A DNA stretch of 64,000 nt from Methanobrevibacter sp. (GCF_030539875.1 NZ_JAUNXI010000004.1:19575-83574), one strand, 5' to 3'. Positions 11,561 through 22,815 are shown, numbered from the stretch's first letter. Notes: generated by a model not told the origin, from the sequence alone. Numbers and translations are program-made.

Positions 11561-12586
11561 ATGTCATCTTTAATGTGGTATATTTTTGATTTTGCAAGAA
11601 AGGCATGGGCTGATGCATTTGCCAATGCGAAAACCAATCCTGAAATTGCTGAAAAACCTGAAAGATTCAGAGATTTTCCTAAAGTTAATAAGGAGTATTG
11701 TATAGGTTGCGGAGCATGTACTGTTTCATGCCCGTCTCCAAATGCTATTAAAATTGTTAGGGAAGAAGATGATGAAACAGGTGAAGGTTTAACCTATCCT
11801 ATAATTTTCCCTGAAGCATGTATTCGTTGCGGTTTCTGTGCTGAAGTTTGTCCTACTGATCCAAAAACATTGGAATGTGGTTTAAATCATTATATTTTGC
11901 CGGAATTTAATCTTATCCCGTCAAAAAGAAAATATGTTGTTGATGACTTTTTATGCATTAAATGTAAAAAATGTATGAAAAAGTGTCCTGTTGAAGCAAT
12001 AAGTGTTGTTGATGGCAAACTTGTTGTAGATCAACTTAAATGCATATCCTGCGGGGAATGTTTGGGGGTATGTCCTGTTAATGGTGCAATGAAAGGCGTA
12101 TTTGTTGATAATCTACAAGATCAAAAAGAATTAATCTTATCATGTGTAAATTTCCTTGAAGAGTTTATTGAAGGCAAGGAAGAAGATTTGAGGCTGCTTG
12201 AGCAAAATGACCTTTTACAGTATGATGTACCGGTCTCTGAAATTTGGGATGATGCTTTAAAAATAATGCCTGATGAAGAAATTGCTTTAGAAATCATAAC
12301 TAATGCAGTAAATAGGCTTAAAATTAGAATTATTGACTGGGATGAATCAAAATGTGAAAAATGTCAGTTATGTATTCCTGACTGTCCGACTGAATGCATT
12401 TCATTTGATGATGATAAAGATACTATTGTAAGGGATAAAAATAGATGTTTGCGCTGTAGCATTTGTTACCAAACCTGTCCATTTTCTGTAATTAAATATT
12501 TCATTGCTAAGTTTTCACTTGATGACGGTGAAAATATTCACATTATAGTTAATGCATCTAATTTAAATGAAGGTATTGTGGAGTGA
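11561..12586 (+). CDS. ehaP: Eha polyferredoxin (6x[4Fe-4S])
   Basis: Six CxxCxxCxxxCP motifs. Confidence 0.88.
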   Translation: MSSLMWYIFDFARKAWADAFANAKTNPEIAEKPERFRDFPKVNKEYCIGCGACTVSCPSPNAIKIVREEDDETGEGLTYPIIFPEACIRCGFCAEVCPTDPKTLECGLNHYILPEFNLIPSKRKYVVDDFLCIKCKKCMKKCPVEAISVVDGKLVVDQLKCISCGECLGVCPVNGAMKGVFVDNLQDQKELILSCVNFLEEFIEGKEEDLRLLEQNDLLQYDVPVSEIWDDALKIMPDEEIALEIITNAVNRLKIRIIDWDESKCEKCQLCIPDCPTECISFDDDKDTIVRDKNRCLRCSICYQTCPFSVIKYFIAKFSLDDGENIHIIVNASNLNEGIVE

Positions 12587-13950
12587 GTATTATGATTGAT
12601 AGTTATACCAAAACACCAAGACCATTAAGACATGTTGATGTTGATTATCTGATTGACCAAACACAATGTGCAAAATGTAAAGATAAACCCTGCCTGAATT
12701 CTTGTCCTATTGATGCCATTTATATGGATGATGATGAAGGCCTTATTAAAATAAAAAGCACATGTTTTGGTTGTGTATTATGTCGTAATGCTTGTCCCTT
12801 TGATGCCATTTCTCTTGATGTACATATGGATTCTCCTATAAAAGAAAATGTTCCAAACATCAATACAAAATTATGTGTGGCTTGTGGAGCATGTGTTCAG
12901 GCCTGTAAAAAAGGTTCAATCCATATTGTTTCTGACGGAAAGGAACCTCCTCACAGTGAGATTGATAAGGATACCTGTGTACGTTGCGGATATTGTTTTA
13001 GAGTATGTCCGACCGATGCGATTAAATATGGTCAATTGCTTCCTAAAACTGTTAAGGGGGGTAAGGCAATTGTTGTTAACCAGGACAAATGTATCGGTTG
13101 TATGACCTGTACAAGAGTTTGCCCATCAATGGGTGCTCTTAATGTTGCAAGAACAAACAAACTGCCTTATATTAATCCGGGATATTGTGCAAGATGTGAA
13201 GAATGTATGCATTCATGTCCTTCTGGAGCCATCAAGTACTCTTCACGTAAAAAAGCTTACAAGATATACAGTGAAATAAAATCATTTGATATAGTCTCCG
13301 GAATAATTGATCATGATATTAAGGTACTTTCACTTGATTTAATTAGTTTAAATAAGGTTTTACAAAAAGTAGCCAAGTCAATAGCTTTGGAATTCAACGA
13401 CCAGCAGTTTGAAAACTTCATTGAATACAAAGTCAATGATTTAATGGAAAAGGAGTTGAGTTTAAGTCTGAATTCAAATATTGAAGTCTGGAAGTTTACA
13501 AAGCTATTCGGGTCTTATTTGATGGATAGGAACATCGAGGTTTATGATAATAAATGTATTGCTTGCGGAGACTGTTTTAATGTATGTCCTGTAAATGCAA
13601 TCCAGTTAAACGGCCCTAATCCAATTACTATTTCAGATAACTGTGTTTATTGTGGAAAATGTGTTGAACAATGTAAATTCGATGCAATCGGAGCATATGA
13701 TGATTATTTCTACAGTAAAAACACTGACTTATACTATGCAAGGTCCTATTTGAAAAATCAAAGATTTGCCGACTTTTCACTTTCAGATGCTAAGTGTCAG
13801 GCATGTGCAGTCTGTGCAAAAAATTGTCCGACTGGAGCATTAACCTTAAATGACGATAAGATAGACTTTGATATTGAAAAATGCATTTATTGCAGAACCT
13901 GTGAGGCAATTTGTCCTCTTGATGCAATAAGGATGGTTAACTTTAGGTGA
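12583..13950 (+). CDS. ehaQ: Eha polyferredoxin (about 10x[4Fe-4S])
   Basis: Ten ferredoxin-type Cys clusters. Confidence 0.88.
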   Translation: MSIMIDSYTKTPRPLRHVDVDYLIDQTQCAKCKDKPCLNSCPIDAIYMDDDEGLIKIKSTCFGCVLCRNACPFDAISLDVHMDSPIKENVPNINTKLCVACGACVQACKKGSIHIVSDGKEPPHSEIDKDTCVRCGYCFRVCPTDAIKYGQLLPKTVKGGKAIVVNQDKCIGCMTCTRVCPSMGALNVARTNKLPYINPGYCARCEECMHSCPSGAIKYSSRKKAYKIYSEIKSFDIVSGIIDHDIKVLSLDLISLNKVLQKVAKSIALEFNDQQFENFIEYKVNDLMEKELSLSLNSNIEVWKFTKLFGSYLMDRNIEVYDNKCIACGDCFNVCPVNAIQLNGPNPITISDNCVYCGKCVEQCKFDAIGAYDDYFYSKNTDLYYARSYLKNQRFADFSLSDAKCQACAVCAKNCPTGALTLNDDKIDFDIEKCIYCRTCEAICPLDAIRMVNFR

Positions 13951-13954
13951 TGTC

Positions 13955-15001
13955 ATGTTTGAAAAATCATTTATTACTGACTGTGAAGGGCCATTGACTT
14001 TAAATGACAATGCTTTTGAATTATCTGATAGTTTCATTGAGAATGGTGGCGAATTATTTAAAATTCTTAGTTTATATGATGATTATTTAACAGATGTTGT
14101 TAAAAAAGAAGGTTATGTGGCTGGAAATACTTTAAAGTTAATTTTACCATTTTTTATAATTGAAAATCTTAAAAATGAAGATTTCACCGATTTTTCAAAA
14201 AAACATGTTTATGCAGTTGAGGATTCGAAATTCCTTTTAAGCTACTTGAAAAACGTTATGAATACCTACATAGTCAGCACCAGTTATGGCCAATATATTG
14301 AAGCAGTATCTGATTATATGAATGTTCCTTTTGAAAATACATTTTACACTAAGGTTAATCTAGATAACCTCAAGCCAACTGGCGATGAAATCACAAAAAT
14401 CAGGGAATTTAAAAAATTAATTTTAGAAAATCCTCAAGATTATGAACTGTTTGATGATATTTTCTTTTCCCAAATCGCAAAAATGGAAATTTATGAAAAT
14501 ATTAAGGATATTGAAGTAGTTGGAGGACAAGGAAAAAAATTGGCTATTGATGAAATCATTAAAAGAGATAAAATCAATAAGGAGGGGATTTTCTACATTG
14601 GAGATAGCATTACCGATGTGGAACCTCTTGATTTTGCTTGCAAAAACAATGGAATCAGTGTTTCGTTTAATGGTAATGAATACCCTTTAAGAGTTGCAGA
14701 AATCGCAATTGTATCTTCAAGTGCTGTTGCAACTGGATTAATAGCTAATGTTTATGTAAATAATGATAAAAATAAAGTAATTGAATTTATTAATGATTAT
14801 AATATTTGTAATGATTATGAAAAACTATTTAATGACTATGGTATTGATGAGGATATTAAAATTAAGTTTTTATCAGTTTTTAATAACAAAGAATATCCAA
14901 TAATTAAAATAATAGATGAGGATAACTTTGACGAAATTTTAAAGGCAAGTAAAGAAATGAGAAACGGTATCCGCGGTCATGATATAGGTGAATTAGGTTA
15001 A
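13955..15001 (+). CDS. ehaR: HAD-like protein of the Eha operon
   Basis: TDCEGPL N-terminal motif and [11 protein letters not shown] motif IV; position after polyferredoxins. Confidence 0.75.
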   Translation: MFEKSFITDCEGPLTLNDNAFELSDSFIENGGELFKILSLYDDYLTDVVKKEGYVAGNTLKLILPFFIIENLKNEDFTDFSKKHVYAVEDSKFLLSYLKNVMNTYIVSTSYGQYIEAVSDYMNVPFENTFYTKVNLDNLKPTGDEITKIREFKKLILENPQDYELFDDIFFSQIAKMEIYENIKDIEVVGGQGKKLAIDEIIKRDKINKEGIFYIGDSITDVEPLDFACKNNGISVSFNGNEYPLRVAEIAIVSSSAVATGLIANVYVNNDKNKVIEFINDYNICNDYEKLFNDYGIDEDIKIKFLSVFNNKEYPIIKIIDEDNFDEILKASKEMRNGIRGHDIGELG

Positions 15002-15015
15002 ATCGGTGTATTAAA

Positions 15016-15906
15016 ATGAGTTATGAAAAAGTAAAAGACACATTTTTCGAAGCTTTCAGAGGAAAATATGTAAGGGCTTTAATTACAGGACCTACTGAGA
15101 AAATAGTTAGAAGAGCTGCTTATGATTCAACTTCAACTCCAAGCGCAGTCATTGGAAGGGTTGAAGGTGGTGTTGAAGGATTTTTAGATGAATCTCAAAC
15201 TCCCGATGGGAGATTTGGAGCTGTTGTTCAATATTGGTTAGGTGGAGAAGATACTGAAAAATTTGCATTTGAATTATCATACAGATTAAGGCAGGATGTT
15301 TTAGTCAAACCATTTACACGTATTTTTGATTACTCTACAAGTGACAGTGGCGAATACATAGAAATGATGGATATTGTAGGTCACTGCGGTGATGGATATG
15401 AATGGATTGTAGAAGAATACGGCAGAAAAATGATTAATGTTCCTATTGCAGTACCTGATTTCCAAATTGAAGAAAAATTTAAAATCAATGAGGGGATTAT
15501 GGGTGGAAACTTCTGGTATTTATGCTCCACACAGCAGGCAGTACTGGATGCAGGGGATGCAATTATTGATGCAATAATGAATGTTGAAGGAGCTACTGCT
15601 CCATTTGATGTTTGTTCAGCTGCTTCAAAACCAGAAACAAACTATCCTGAAATAGGACCAACTACAAATCACATATATTGCCCTTCACTAAAAGAGTCTT
15701 TGGGAGAAATTTCTAAAGTTTCTGATGGGGTTAATTACATTCCCGAAATTGTAGTAAATGCAATCAGTGAAAAATCTATGAATGAAGCCATTAAGGCAGG
15801 TATTGATGCCGCTTTAGAATTTGACGGCGTAATTGGAATATCTGCAGGTAATTTTGATGGCAAACTTGGAGATAAAAATATAAATTTATTGGATATTTTA
15901 AAGTAA
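15016..15906 (+). CDS. ehaS: formylmethanofuran:H4MPT formyltransferase-like paralogue
   Basis: DTFFEAF, TPDGR, GGNF, SKPETNY and [10 protein letters not shown] Ftr-family motifs. Confidence 0.8.
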   Translation: MSYEKVKDTFFEAFRGKYVRALITGPTEKIVRRAAYDSTSTPSAVIGRVEGGVEGFLDESQTPDGRFGAVVQYWLGGEDTEKFAFELSYRLRQDVLVKPFTRIFDYSTSDSGEYIEMMDIVGHCGDGYEWIVEEYGRKMINVPIAVPDFQIEEKFKINEGIMGGNFWYLCSTQQAVLDAGDAIIDAIMNVEGATAPFDVCSAASKPETNYPEIGPTTNHIYCPSLKESLGEISKVSDGVNYIPEIVVNAISEKSMNEAIKAGIDAALEFDGVIGISAGNFDGKLGDKNINLLDILK

Positions 15907-15915
15907 GGTTTTAAA

Positions 15916-16848
15916 ATGGAAATTCTAGACAATGATCTTAATGCAGAAGTAATAGGATTCGGAGCATTGAATGTTGATAAACTTTATTCTGTTGGAAATA
16001 TCGCAGGTAAAGATGAAGAAAGCTTTATAAAAAGTGAAACCGACACTCCTGGAGGGTCAGCGGCAAATACTATTGTTGGTCTTTCAAGGCTGGGTTGCTC
16101 TGCATCCATTATCGGCAAGATAGCAGAAGATGATGACGGAGAGTTAATCGAGTATAATCTGGCTATTAACGGTGTTTACTCAAATAATTTAATTTATTCC
16201 GAAACAGGGTCAACTGGAAAATGTTTAGGTTTTGTTGATGATGAAGGCGAAAGGTGTCTTTATATTGATCCAGGTGTTAATGATGAGATTCAACTGGGTG
16301 AAATAAATCCATTAAACATCATGAGATGTAAAATAATGCATTACACCTCTTTTGTTGGAGATTCGTTCAATACTCAAATTGAACTATTGGATTTGTTAAA
16401 CGAGCAGACAGTGCTGAGTTTTGATCCTGGAATGTTGTATGTTCAAAAAGGATTTGAAGAATTAAAACCTATACTTGATAGAACTAATATATTGCTCATT
16501 AATGAGTCAGAATTAAGATTATTATGTAATAATAATGAAGATTCCTTAAAAGAATTGGCTATAAGATTTCTTGATTTGGGAATAGAAACTGTTGTTGTAA
16601 AACAAGGTTCAAAAGGCGTATTTGCAATGAATAATTCAACAGAATGTTTTGTTGAGTCCTACAAATGTGATGTCGTTGATACGACCGGCGCAGGGGATAG
16701 TTTCAATAGCGGATTTTTATATTCTTTCTTAAAAGGATATGATTTGGAGAAATCTTGCAAAATCGGAAATTGGGTTGCCAGCAAATCAATAGAAGGATTT
16801 GGAATGGATAAATTCCCTTCTCTTAAAGATTTGAAAGATTTCTTTTAA
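15916..16848 (+). CDS. ehaT: PfkB/ribokinase-family carbohydrate kinase
   Basis: PGGSAAN and DTTGAGDSF PfkB signatures. Confidence 0.8.
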   Translation: MEILDNDLNAEVIGFGALNVDKLYSVGNIAGKDEESFIKSETDTPGGSAANTIVGLSRLGCSASIIGKIAEDDDGELIEYNLAINGVYSNNLIYSETGSTGKCLGFVDDEGERCLYIDPGVNDEIQLGEINPLNIMRCKIMHYTSFVGDSFNTQIELLDLLNEQTVLSFDPGMLYVQKGFEELKPILDRTNILLINESELRLLCNNNEDSLKELAIRFLDLGIETVVVKQGSKGVFAMNNSTECFVESYKCDVVDTTGAGDSFNSGFLYSFLKGYDLEKSCKIGNWVASKSIEGFGMDKFPSLKDLKDFF

Positions 16849-16911
16849 GTGAATTTATGTATGATGATGGATAAATATTTATATAACAAAGATTAATTAG
16901 TTGGTATTAAA

Positions 16912-17739
16912 ATGAATGTGTCTTTTATAAAACAGATGAAAGATTTGGAACGTGAGGTTCTATTGAAATCTGTTGAATTAGATGATGATGGTGAAGATTT
17001 CCATTTTGAACTAAAGGAGTTTAGTGCAGAAGATGAAATCATTGCAATTGCACCCAGATGTGTAAGATGTAATACTTGTGTTGGTGAATGCCCTGTTAAT
17101 GCAATCGAACCAGCTAATATTTTCAGAATAGCTAAAATAACGGATAAATGTGTCAAATGCGAGGTATGCCTTCAGACATGTCCAGTATCTGCAATTAAAT
17201 TAATCAATAATTCAATTGTTCATGATAATGATAATGAAGATGATGTAATCGAATACAAATTATCTAATGTCAGCACCCATCATCGGGTGGTGCGCATGAA
17301 TAATATTTCAGTTGATTATTCAGTTGATAACAATTGGGCTGATTGCGCAAAATTATGTCCGACTAACGCATTTACTTTGGAGTTTAAGGAATTTTTCGAA
17401 AGTAAGGATATTGATTGCGGCATTGATTTAATTGAAGATGAATTGTATCCTCATATTAATGAAAAAATGTGCATTGGATGCGGGGCTTGTGTTGAAATTT
17501 CCCTCAATGACTTTGCAGTAGAATTGGATCGTTATATCGGACCGATTATTCACAGTCGTTTTATTGAAGTCAATCACGATTTGTGCGTAAACTGCTTTTT
17601 ATGTGAAGAAAATTGTCCAACAGGAGCTATTGAATTGGTCGATGGTGAAGTTGTTTTGGATGATGATAAATGTATTAGATGTATTGAATGCACTAATCAT
17701 TGTCCGGTAATGGCTTTAAGAAGAGTGGTAATTGAATAA
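16912..17739 (+). CDS. polyferredoxin (4Fe-4S binding protein)
   Basis: Multiple CxxCxxCxxxCP motifs. Confidence 0.88.
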   Translation: MNVSFIKQMKDLEREVLLKSVELDDDGEDFHFELKEFSAEDEIIAIAPRCVRCNTCVGECPVNAIEPANIFRIAKITDKCVKCEVCLQTCPVSAIKLINNSIVHDNDNEDDVIEYKLSNVSTHHRVVRMNNISVDYSVDNNWADCAKLCPTNAFTLEFKEFFESKDIDCGIDLIEDELYPHINEKMCIGCGACVEISLNDFAVELDRYIGPIIHSRFIEVNHDLCVNCFLCEENCPTGAIELVDGEVVLDDDKCIRCIECTNHCPVMALRRVVIE

Positions 17740-17754
17740 AAATGAGGTCTGTTT

Positions 17755-18390
17755 ATGAGAGCTAAAGAGTTAATGGATAAAAATTTTGTATATTTAAATG
17801 CAAATGATGATGTTGTTGAAGTTTCAAAAGTAATGGAAGAAATTAGACGTTTTACTTGTCCAGTTGTAAATGACAATAAACAATTAGTTGGATGGATAAC
17901 TTCATTCGATATTACTAGAGGTTTGAGGGAAGGCAACAAAAAGATTTCAGAAATAATGAATGATCCCAAAGATGTGATTACTGTCTATGAACGGGATCCT
18001 GCAAGAAAAGCAGTTATACTTACAGCAAACAATAAATTCGTAACCGTGCCTGTAGTAAATGAGGATGAACAGGTAACTGGAATGATTCGTGCCTGCGATA
18101 TTGTTGAACTGTTATCTGAATTGTATGACATTAAAGTTTCAAAATTATATGAAGCAATGCAAAACCAACTTAAAGGTGTCTCCTGGGATGAATTGATGTC
18201 TGCATCTGCTCTTGTTTCTCAAAAGACTACAGGGGTTAAAATCACCGCTGAGGAATATGAGGACAACATCATGAACTCCACTTTTGGAGAAGCTATTTGG
18301 GCTACTGGAGGTTTAGAAAAATTCTTTGCAGGTTTAATATCTGTTGGAGAATTGGTCATTGCCCGTAAAGTCGGAAAAGCAAGAAGATAA
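17755..18390 (+). CDS. CBS-domain protein
   Basis: Tandem CBS repeats (CPVVNDNKQLVGWIT, VPVVNEDEQVTGMI). Confidence 0.85.
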   Translation: MRAKELMDKNFVYLNANDDVVEVSKVMEEIRRFTCPVVNDNKQLVGWITSFDITRGLREGNKKISEIMNDPKDVITVYERDPARKAVILTANNKFVTVPVVNEDEQVTGMIRACDIVELLSELYDIKVSKLYEAMQNQLKGVSWDELMSASALVSQKTTGVKITAEEYEDNIMNSTFGEAIWATGGLEKFFAGLISVGELVIARKVGKARR

Positions 18391-18630
18391 TGCCTACAAT
18401 CTCATTACAGACAATCCTTTAATTTATAATGCATTGATGGATTTTTTTAATTCCATTTAATGCAATCTATTTTTATTCAATTAATGGACATTTTAATCAG
18501 CTAATATGTATTGCAGTTCATTTTCAAATCTTATTTTATCTTTCCAATAAATCTTATTTGTTTAAGCTAGTTTTTACTTGAATTTTGTACTGTCATATTT
18601 AAATACTCTTAAAAACTAATATTTCCTTGT

Positions 18631-19272
18631 ATGAATTTGAATTTTGACTTTACTGAAAAACGTGTAATAATTACTGCATTTTTCTGTATGGCATTTACAA
18701 TTGCAAATCTAATCACTGTTAAAATTATTGATATTGGATTTTTAGGCATGGAAACTCCTGCAGGAGTTTTAATCTATCCGTTGGTATACATTTTAACAAA
18801 TGTGATTGCAGATGTTTACGGTGAAAAAGTAGCGCAGAGAACAATTATTTTAGGTCTTGCTGTAGATATTTTATTTGTTTTCATGACAACTTTAATATTA
18901 TTCTTACCTTCTCCGGCATTCTTTACTGGAGATTCAAGTCTGGCATTTGTATTTACTCAAACTCCGAGAATCCTTATTGCATCTTATATTAGTTACCTGA
19001 TTGGTAATTTTGTAAATGCAAGGATTACTTCTATTGTAAACAAAGGCAAGGAATATTCTGCTGTTAAAAACTTGGGAGTAATTGCATTCAGTGAACTGGT
19101 CGATAACTTTATATTCATCGGTCTTGCATTCATTGGTGTATTTGCAGTTACTGATATTTTGATAATGATTATTTCTCACTGGATTTTGAGTTTAATTTGG
19201 AGTGCAATTGCCCAACCATTTACAAATATGACTGTTAAATGGGCTGAGAAAGGAAAACCTGCAGAAGCTTAA
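18631..19272 (+). CDS. queuosine precursor (preQ0/preQ1) transporter, YhhQ/VUT family
   Basis: ANLITVKI, AGVLIYPLVYILTNVIADVYG, RILIASYISYLIGNFVNA family-like motifs; about 6 TM. Confidence 0.85.
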   Translation: MNLNFDFTEKRVIITAFFCMAFTIANLITVKIIDIGFLGMETPAGVLIYPLVYILTNVIADVYGEKVAQRTIILGLAVDILFVFMTTLILFLPSPAFFTGDSSLAFVFTQTPRILIASYISYLIGNFVNARITSIVNKGKEYSAVKNLGVIAFSELVDNFIFIGLAFIGVFAVTDILIMIISHWILSLIWSAIAQPFTNMTVKWAEKGKPAEA

Positions 19273-19280
19273 ACTTTTTT

Positions 19281-19310
19281 TTGGGAAACTTTTTTTCCCC
19301 ATTTTTTTTT
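19281..19310 (+). terminator. hairpin plus T-run terminator
   Basis: GGGAAA-CTTTT-TTTCCC followed by T9 directly after the yhhQ-like stop. Confidence 0.6.
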
Positions 19311-19628
19311 TAAAGGGCATTTGCCAAAGCTAAAAAAAGATTTTTAGCAAAAATGCCGGTAAGAGTTTTATAAAGAAATTTTGCAATAAATAAATTTGCT
19401 TTTTGCCTGTTTCTATGATAGGTAAAACTGCAATTTCTTTTTTTAGAACCAAAGTATTTTATTATTTCATTCAGATATATATTATTAATCAAAAATTGTT
19501 AAGATTATATTTTAAAAGTTTATTTATATATTTTAGATATTTTTAAGTTATATTTTATAATATTCAATAGAATTTTTTTAAAATAATTACTCAATTTATG
19601 ATAATACTAGGAAAATTTTGTGATATAT

Positions 19629-20915
19629 ATGGTTGAAGAAAATAGTAATATGCTACTTGGTGTTAAGGATAAACCGCCTGCTCTCAGATGGTTTTTACTT
19701 GCTATACAGCATGTATGTGCAATGTTTGGAGCCACAATTTTAGTGCCTATTGTTGTAAACGCTACTGCAGGTGCAGATGTTTTATCAATTCCCGTAGCAT
19801 TAGTCACATCTGGTCTGGGTACATTGATTTATATTGTCTGTACCCGCGGTAGGAGCCCGGTATATCTGGGAAGTTCATTTGCATTTATTGCACCTATGGT
19901 TGCAGGATTTGCAATAGCAGGCAAAGCTAGTGTTTTTACTGCTTTAATGATTGTCGGTTTGGTATATGTTGCTGTTTCATGTATAATTCGTGTTTCTGGG
20001 AAGGATTGGATTAATAAACTCCTGCCTCCAGTAATTGTCGGGCCTATGATTATGGTCATCGGTTTATCTCTTGCACCAACAGCAATTAGTGAAATTGGTT
20101 TGAATTTGGATGTAGTTCCGTGGAATAATCTGGTTGTTGCGTTAATTGCATTTTTAACTACTGCATTTTTAGCAGTTCGTGGAAAAGGTATTTTAAGGGT
20201 AATTCCATTTTTAGTAGGAATCCTTGTAGGTTATATTGCAGCAGCTGCACTGGGCATGGTTGATTTTACCCAGGCATTAACTGCAAACGTGATTGAAATT
20301 CCTAAATTCTATTTGCCGTTTATGAATTATGATTTGAATTTTGCAGCAGTCCTTACTATTGTTCCTATTGCATTAGTGACAATGGTGGAACATATTGGAG
20401 ACCACAAAGTATTAAGTGAAATCATCGGACGCGATTTAATTGAAGATCCGGGACTTGACAGAACTTTGCTGGGTGATGGTATTGCAACATTTTTAGCAGC
20501 AGTACTGGGCGGTCCGGCAAACACCACTTATGGTGAAAACACCTCTGTTGTTGGTATGACTCGTGTTGCATCTGTTTATGTAATTGCTCTTGCAGCCATT
20601 ATTGCAATAGTATTTGCATTTTCAGGACACCTAACAGCATTTTTAACTGCAATTCCCGCACCGGTTTTAGGAGGAATATCTGTACTTCTGTATGGTTTCA
20701 TTTGTGTAAACGGTCTTAAAATTTTAATTCACAATCAGGTTGATTTTAACAACACTAAAAACGTCGTCGTAGCCGCAACCATGCTTGTTTTAGGATTAGG
20801 TGGTGCAACATTATCTGTTGTATCAGGCAACTTGTCTATTGCAATTTCAGGAATGTCACTTGCAGCTATTGTCGGTGTAATTTTAAATCTTGTCATGCCG
20901 GAGGAAAAGACATGA
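19629..20915 (+). CDS. uraA: uracil permease (NCS2/UraA family)
   Basis: [29 protein letters not shown] signature; operonic with upp. Confidence 0.92.
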   Translation: MVEENSNMLLGVKDKPPALRWFLLAIQHVCAMFGATILVPIVVNATAGADVLSIPVALVTSGLGTLIYIVCTRGRSPVYLGSSFAFIAPMVAGFAIAGKASVFTALMIVGLVYVAVSCIIRVSGKDWINKLLPPVIVGPMIMVIGLSLAPTAISEIGLNLDVVPWNNLVVALIAFLTTAFLAVRGKGILRVIPFLVGILVGYIAAAALGMVDFTQALTANVIEIPKFYLPFMNYDLNFAAVLTIVPIALVTMVEHIGDHKVLSEIIGRDLIEDPGLDRTLLGDGIATFLAAVLGGPANTTYGENTSVVGMTRVASVYVIALAAIIAIVFAFSGHLTAFLTAIPAPVLGGISVLLYGFICVNGLKILIHNQVDFNNTKNVVVAATMLVLGLGGATLSVVSGNLSIAISGMSLAAIVGVILNLVMPEEKT

Positions 20916-21538
20916 ATGAATTTGTTTTAAATCATCCGCTTATAACTCATAAGCTTGCACTTCTGAGAGATATTAATACTGGAACAAAGGAATTCAGAGA
21001 ACTGGTAACAGAAATTTCCACAATGCTCGTTTATGAAGCAATGAGAGATGCTAAACTTGAAAAAACCACTATTGAAACTCCCCTTGAAAAAATGGAAACC
21101 GGTATGTTGGATGAAGATAAATATGCTATTGTCCCAATCCTAAGGGCAGGAATGGGTATGGTTGATGGAATATTAAACTTAATTCCAAATGCGAAAATAG
21201 GTCATATAGGACTTTATAGAAATGAAGAAACATTTGAACCGGTTGAATATTACTATAAAATGCCTGATGGAATTGATAAAAGGGAAGTTCTTGTAATTGA
21301 CCCTATGCTTGCAACTGGAGGAAGTGCATCAGCAACAATATCCAGACTTAAGCAGGATGGGGTATGCAAAATCAAGTTACTCTGTATTGTAGCCGCTCCG
21401 CAGGGTATTAAAACAATTGAAGATAATCATCCTGATGTTGAGATATTCTGTGCAACTGTTGATAGGGAATTAAACGATAATGCATATATTCTTCCAGGTC
21501 TTGGAGATGCCGGTGATAGGGTATATGGAACAAAATAG
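20912..21538 (+). CDS. upp: uracil phosphoribosyltransferase
   Basis: [29 protein letters not shown]. Confidence 0.96.
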   Translation: MNEFVLNHPLITHKLALLRDINTGTKEFRELVTEISTMLVYEAMRDAKLEKTTIETPLEKMETGMLDEDKYAIVPILRAGMGMVDGILNLIPNAKIGHIGLYRNEETFEPVEYYYKMPDGIDKREVLVIDPMLATGGSASATISRLKQDGVCKIKLLCIVAAPQGIKTIEDNHPDVEIFCATVDRELNDNAYILPGLGDAGDRVYGTK

Positions 21539-21570
21539 TGAAGTTTAACTTCACTTTATTTTCTTTTTTT
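21537..21570 (+). terminator. inverted repeat terminator
   Basis: Perfect AGTGAAGT-TTA-ACTTCACT followed by T-rich tract. Confidence 0.65.
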
Positions 21571-21987
21571 TAATTATACTGTCGAGATTTGATTATTTTT
21601 GTAAAAAATTTTTTAAAAACTTAATAAGAAATGGTTTTTAATCTTTTCCAGTTTTCTTTTGGTTTTACTTTTTTTTATTAAATAATAAATTATTTAAAAT
21701 ATTTTTAACAAAACCAATATTGTATCAGAGTTTATCAATGAATAAAAGTGATTTGAAGAAAGCCATATGTGCTCAATGGACTGCTTGTGGAATGGGGCAT
21801 GATTGTGGCGCTGATAAACAATTCACTTTTAATATGGGTTATGGTGCTGATAATCTTTTTAAAAAATTAAATTCATTTGAAATGTTTTTGGATGCTAAAA
21901 ACCGAGGTGAAACGGATTGTGCAGAAATATCAGAATTTTCATTGGTTATATGGAAACTGAAAGTGAAGGATGTGAATATGGAGGGTA

Positions 21988-22692
21988 TTGTTGATGATAT
22001 TTTCAGATATTCTTGTATTGATTGTAGTTTATATTTATGTTGCAGCCATTTTTGTAGTGGCTGAATTGGTTTTAAAGGCAAAGCCTGAAGTTTCACGTAA
22101 ATTTTTACATATTATGGTGGGCAACATGATATTTGTCATGCCTCTGTTTTCAAATCCCTGGAATATGGTTTGGTTTTTAACATTGCCGATTACATTTGTC
22201 TTGTTCTTATTGTCTGAATACTCACCAATTAAAATTGAAAATAGGGTAACTGAATCAGGTCATGCATTAGGATTATTTTTCTATGCAGGAATCTGGACAG
22301 TGCTAATTGCCATATTTAGTTTAATCGCACCTGCAAATGATCCCAAATTTTATATTTGGATTGTAGCATTGGCTGTTGTTCCTATGGTTTATGGTGACGG
22401 TTTTGCAGCATTAATTGGTCAGAAATTCGGTAGAGTCAAATATACTGTATTTGGAGGTGTAAAATCTCTTGAAGGTTCACTTACAATGTTTGTCATCACC
22501 TCTGTAATGAGCGTATTTGTATGGATGGTTTTCACTTCAATTGGATGTGTCATGCCTGAATTTGATATTGTTAAAATTTTTGTGATTTCTGCTGTTGCAA
22601 CAGTCTGTGAAGCATTCAGTTATGGGGGAATTGACAATTTGACAGTTCCAGGCTTAACTTCTATTTTATATTACCTGGTGGCTGTATTATAA
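21988..22692 (+). CDS. dolichol/phytol kinase family (CTP-dependent polyprenol kinase)
   Basis: SRKFLHI, YGDGFAALIG, KSLEGS, IDNLTVP. Confidence 0.88.
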   Translation: MLMIFSDILVLIVVYIYVAAIFVVAELVLKAKPEVSRKFLHIMVGNMIFVMPLFSNPWNMVWFLTLPITFVLFLLSEYSPIKIENRVTESGHALGLFFYAGIWTVLIAIFSLIAPANDPKFYIWIVALAVVPMVYGDGFAALIGQKFGRVKYTVFGGVKSLEGSLTMFVITSVMSVFVWMVFTSIGCVMPEFDIVKIFVISAVATVCEAFSYGGIDNLTVPGLTSILYYLVAVL

Positions 22693-22727
22693 GCTTCCAT
22701 GATTTTCATTTTCAGTCCTGATTTTTC

Positions 22728-22784
22728 GCACTTTGGTTTCAGTTTTATGCATCTTGGATGTGCTGCCAATTAGCCATTTATATA
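22728..22784 (+). promoter_or_regulatory. LytTR-type direct repeat (9-12-9) upstream of a TATA box
   Basis: GCACTTTGG 22728-22736 and GCATCTTGG 22749-22757, 12 bp apart; TTTATATA at 22777-22784. Confidence 0.6.
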
Positions 22785-22815
22785 TGGTTTTACTAATCAT
22801 ATAATTGAAGGTGAT

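Noticed and set aside
4253-17739. Selenocysteine recoding in hydrogenase/ferredoxin genes
   Set aside because: All Cys motifs are complete with TGT/TGC and there is no in-frame TGA
18391-18630. preQ1 riboswitch before the YhhQ-like gene
   Set aside because: No preQ1 consensus, and the TATA position implies a leaderless transcript
21720-22064. 114 aa ORF as a gene
   Set aside because: Overlaps the kinase start, no recognisable domain and no clear RBS; cannot be supported without a homology search
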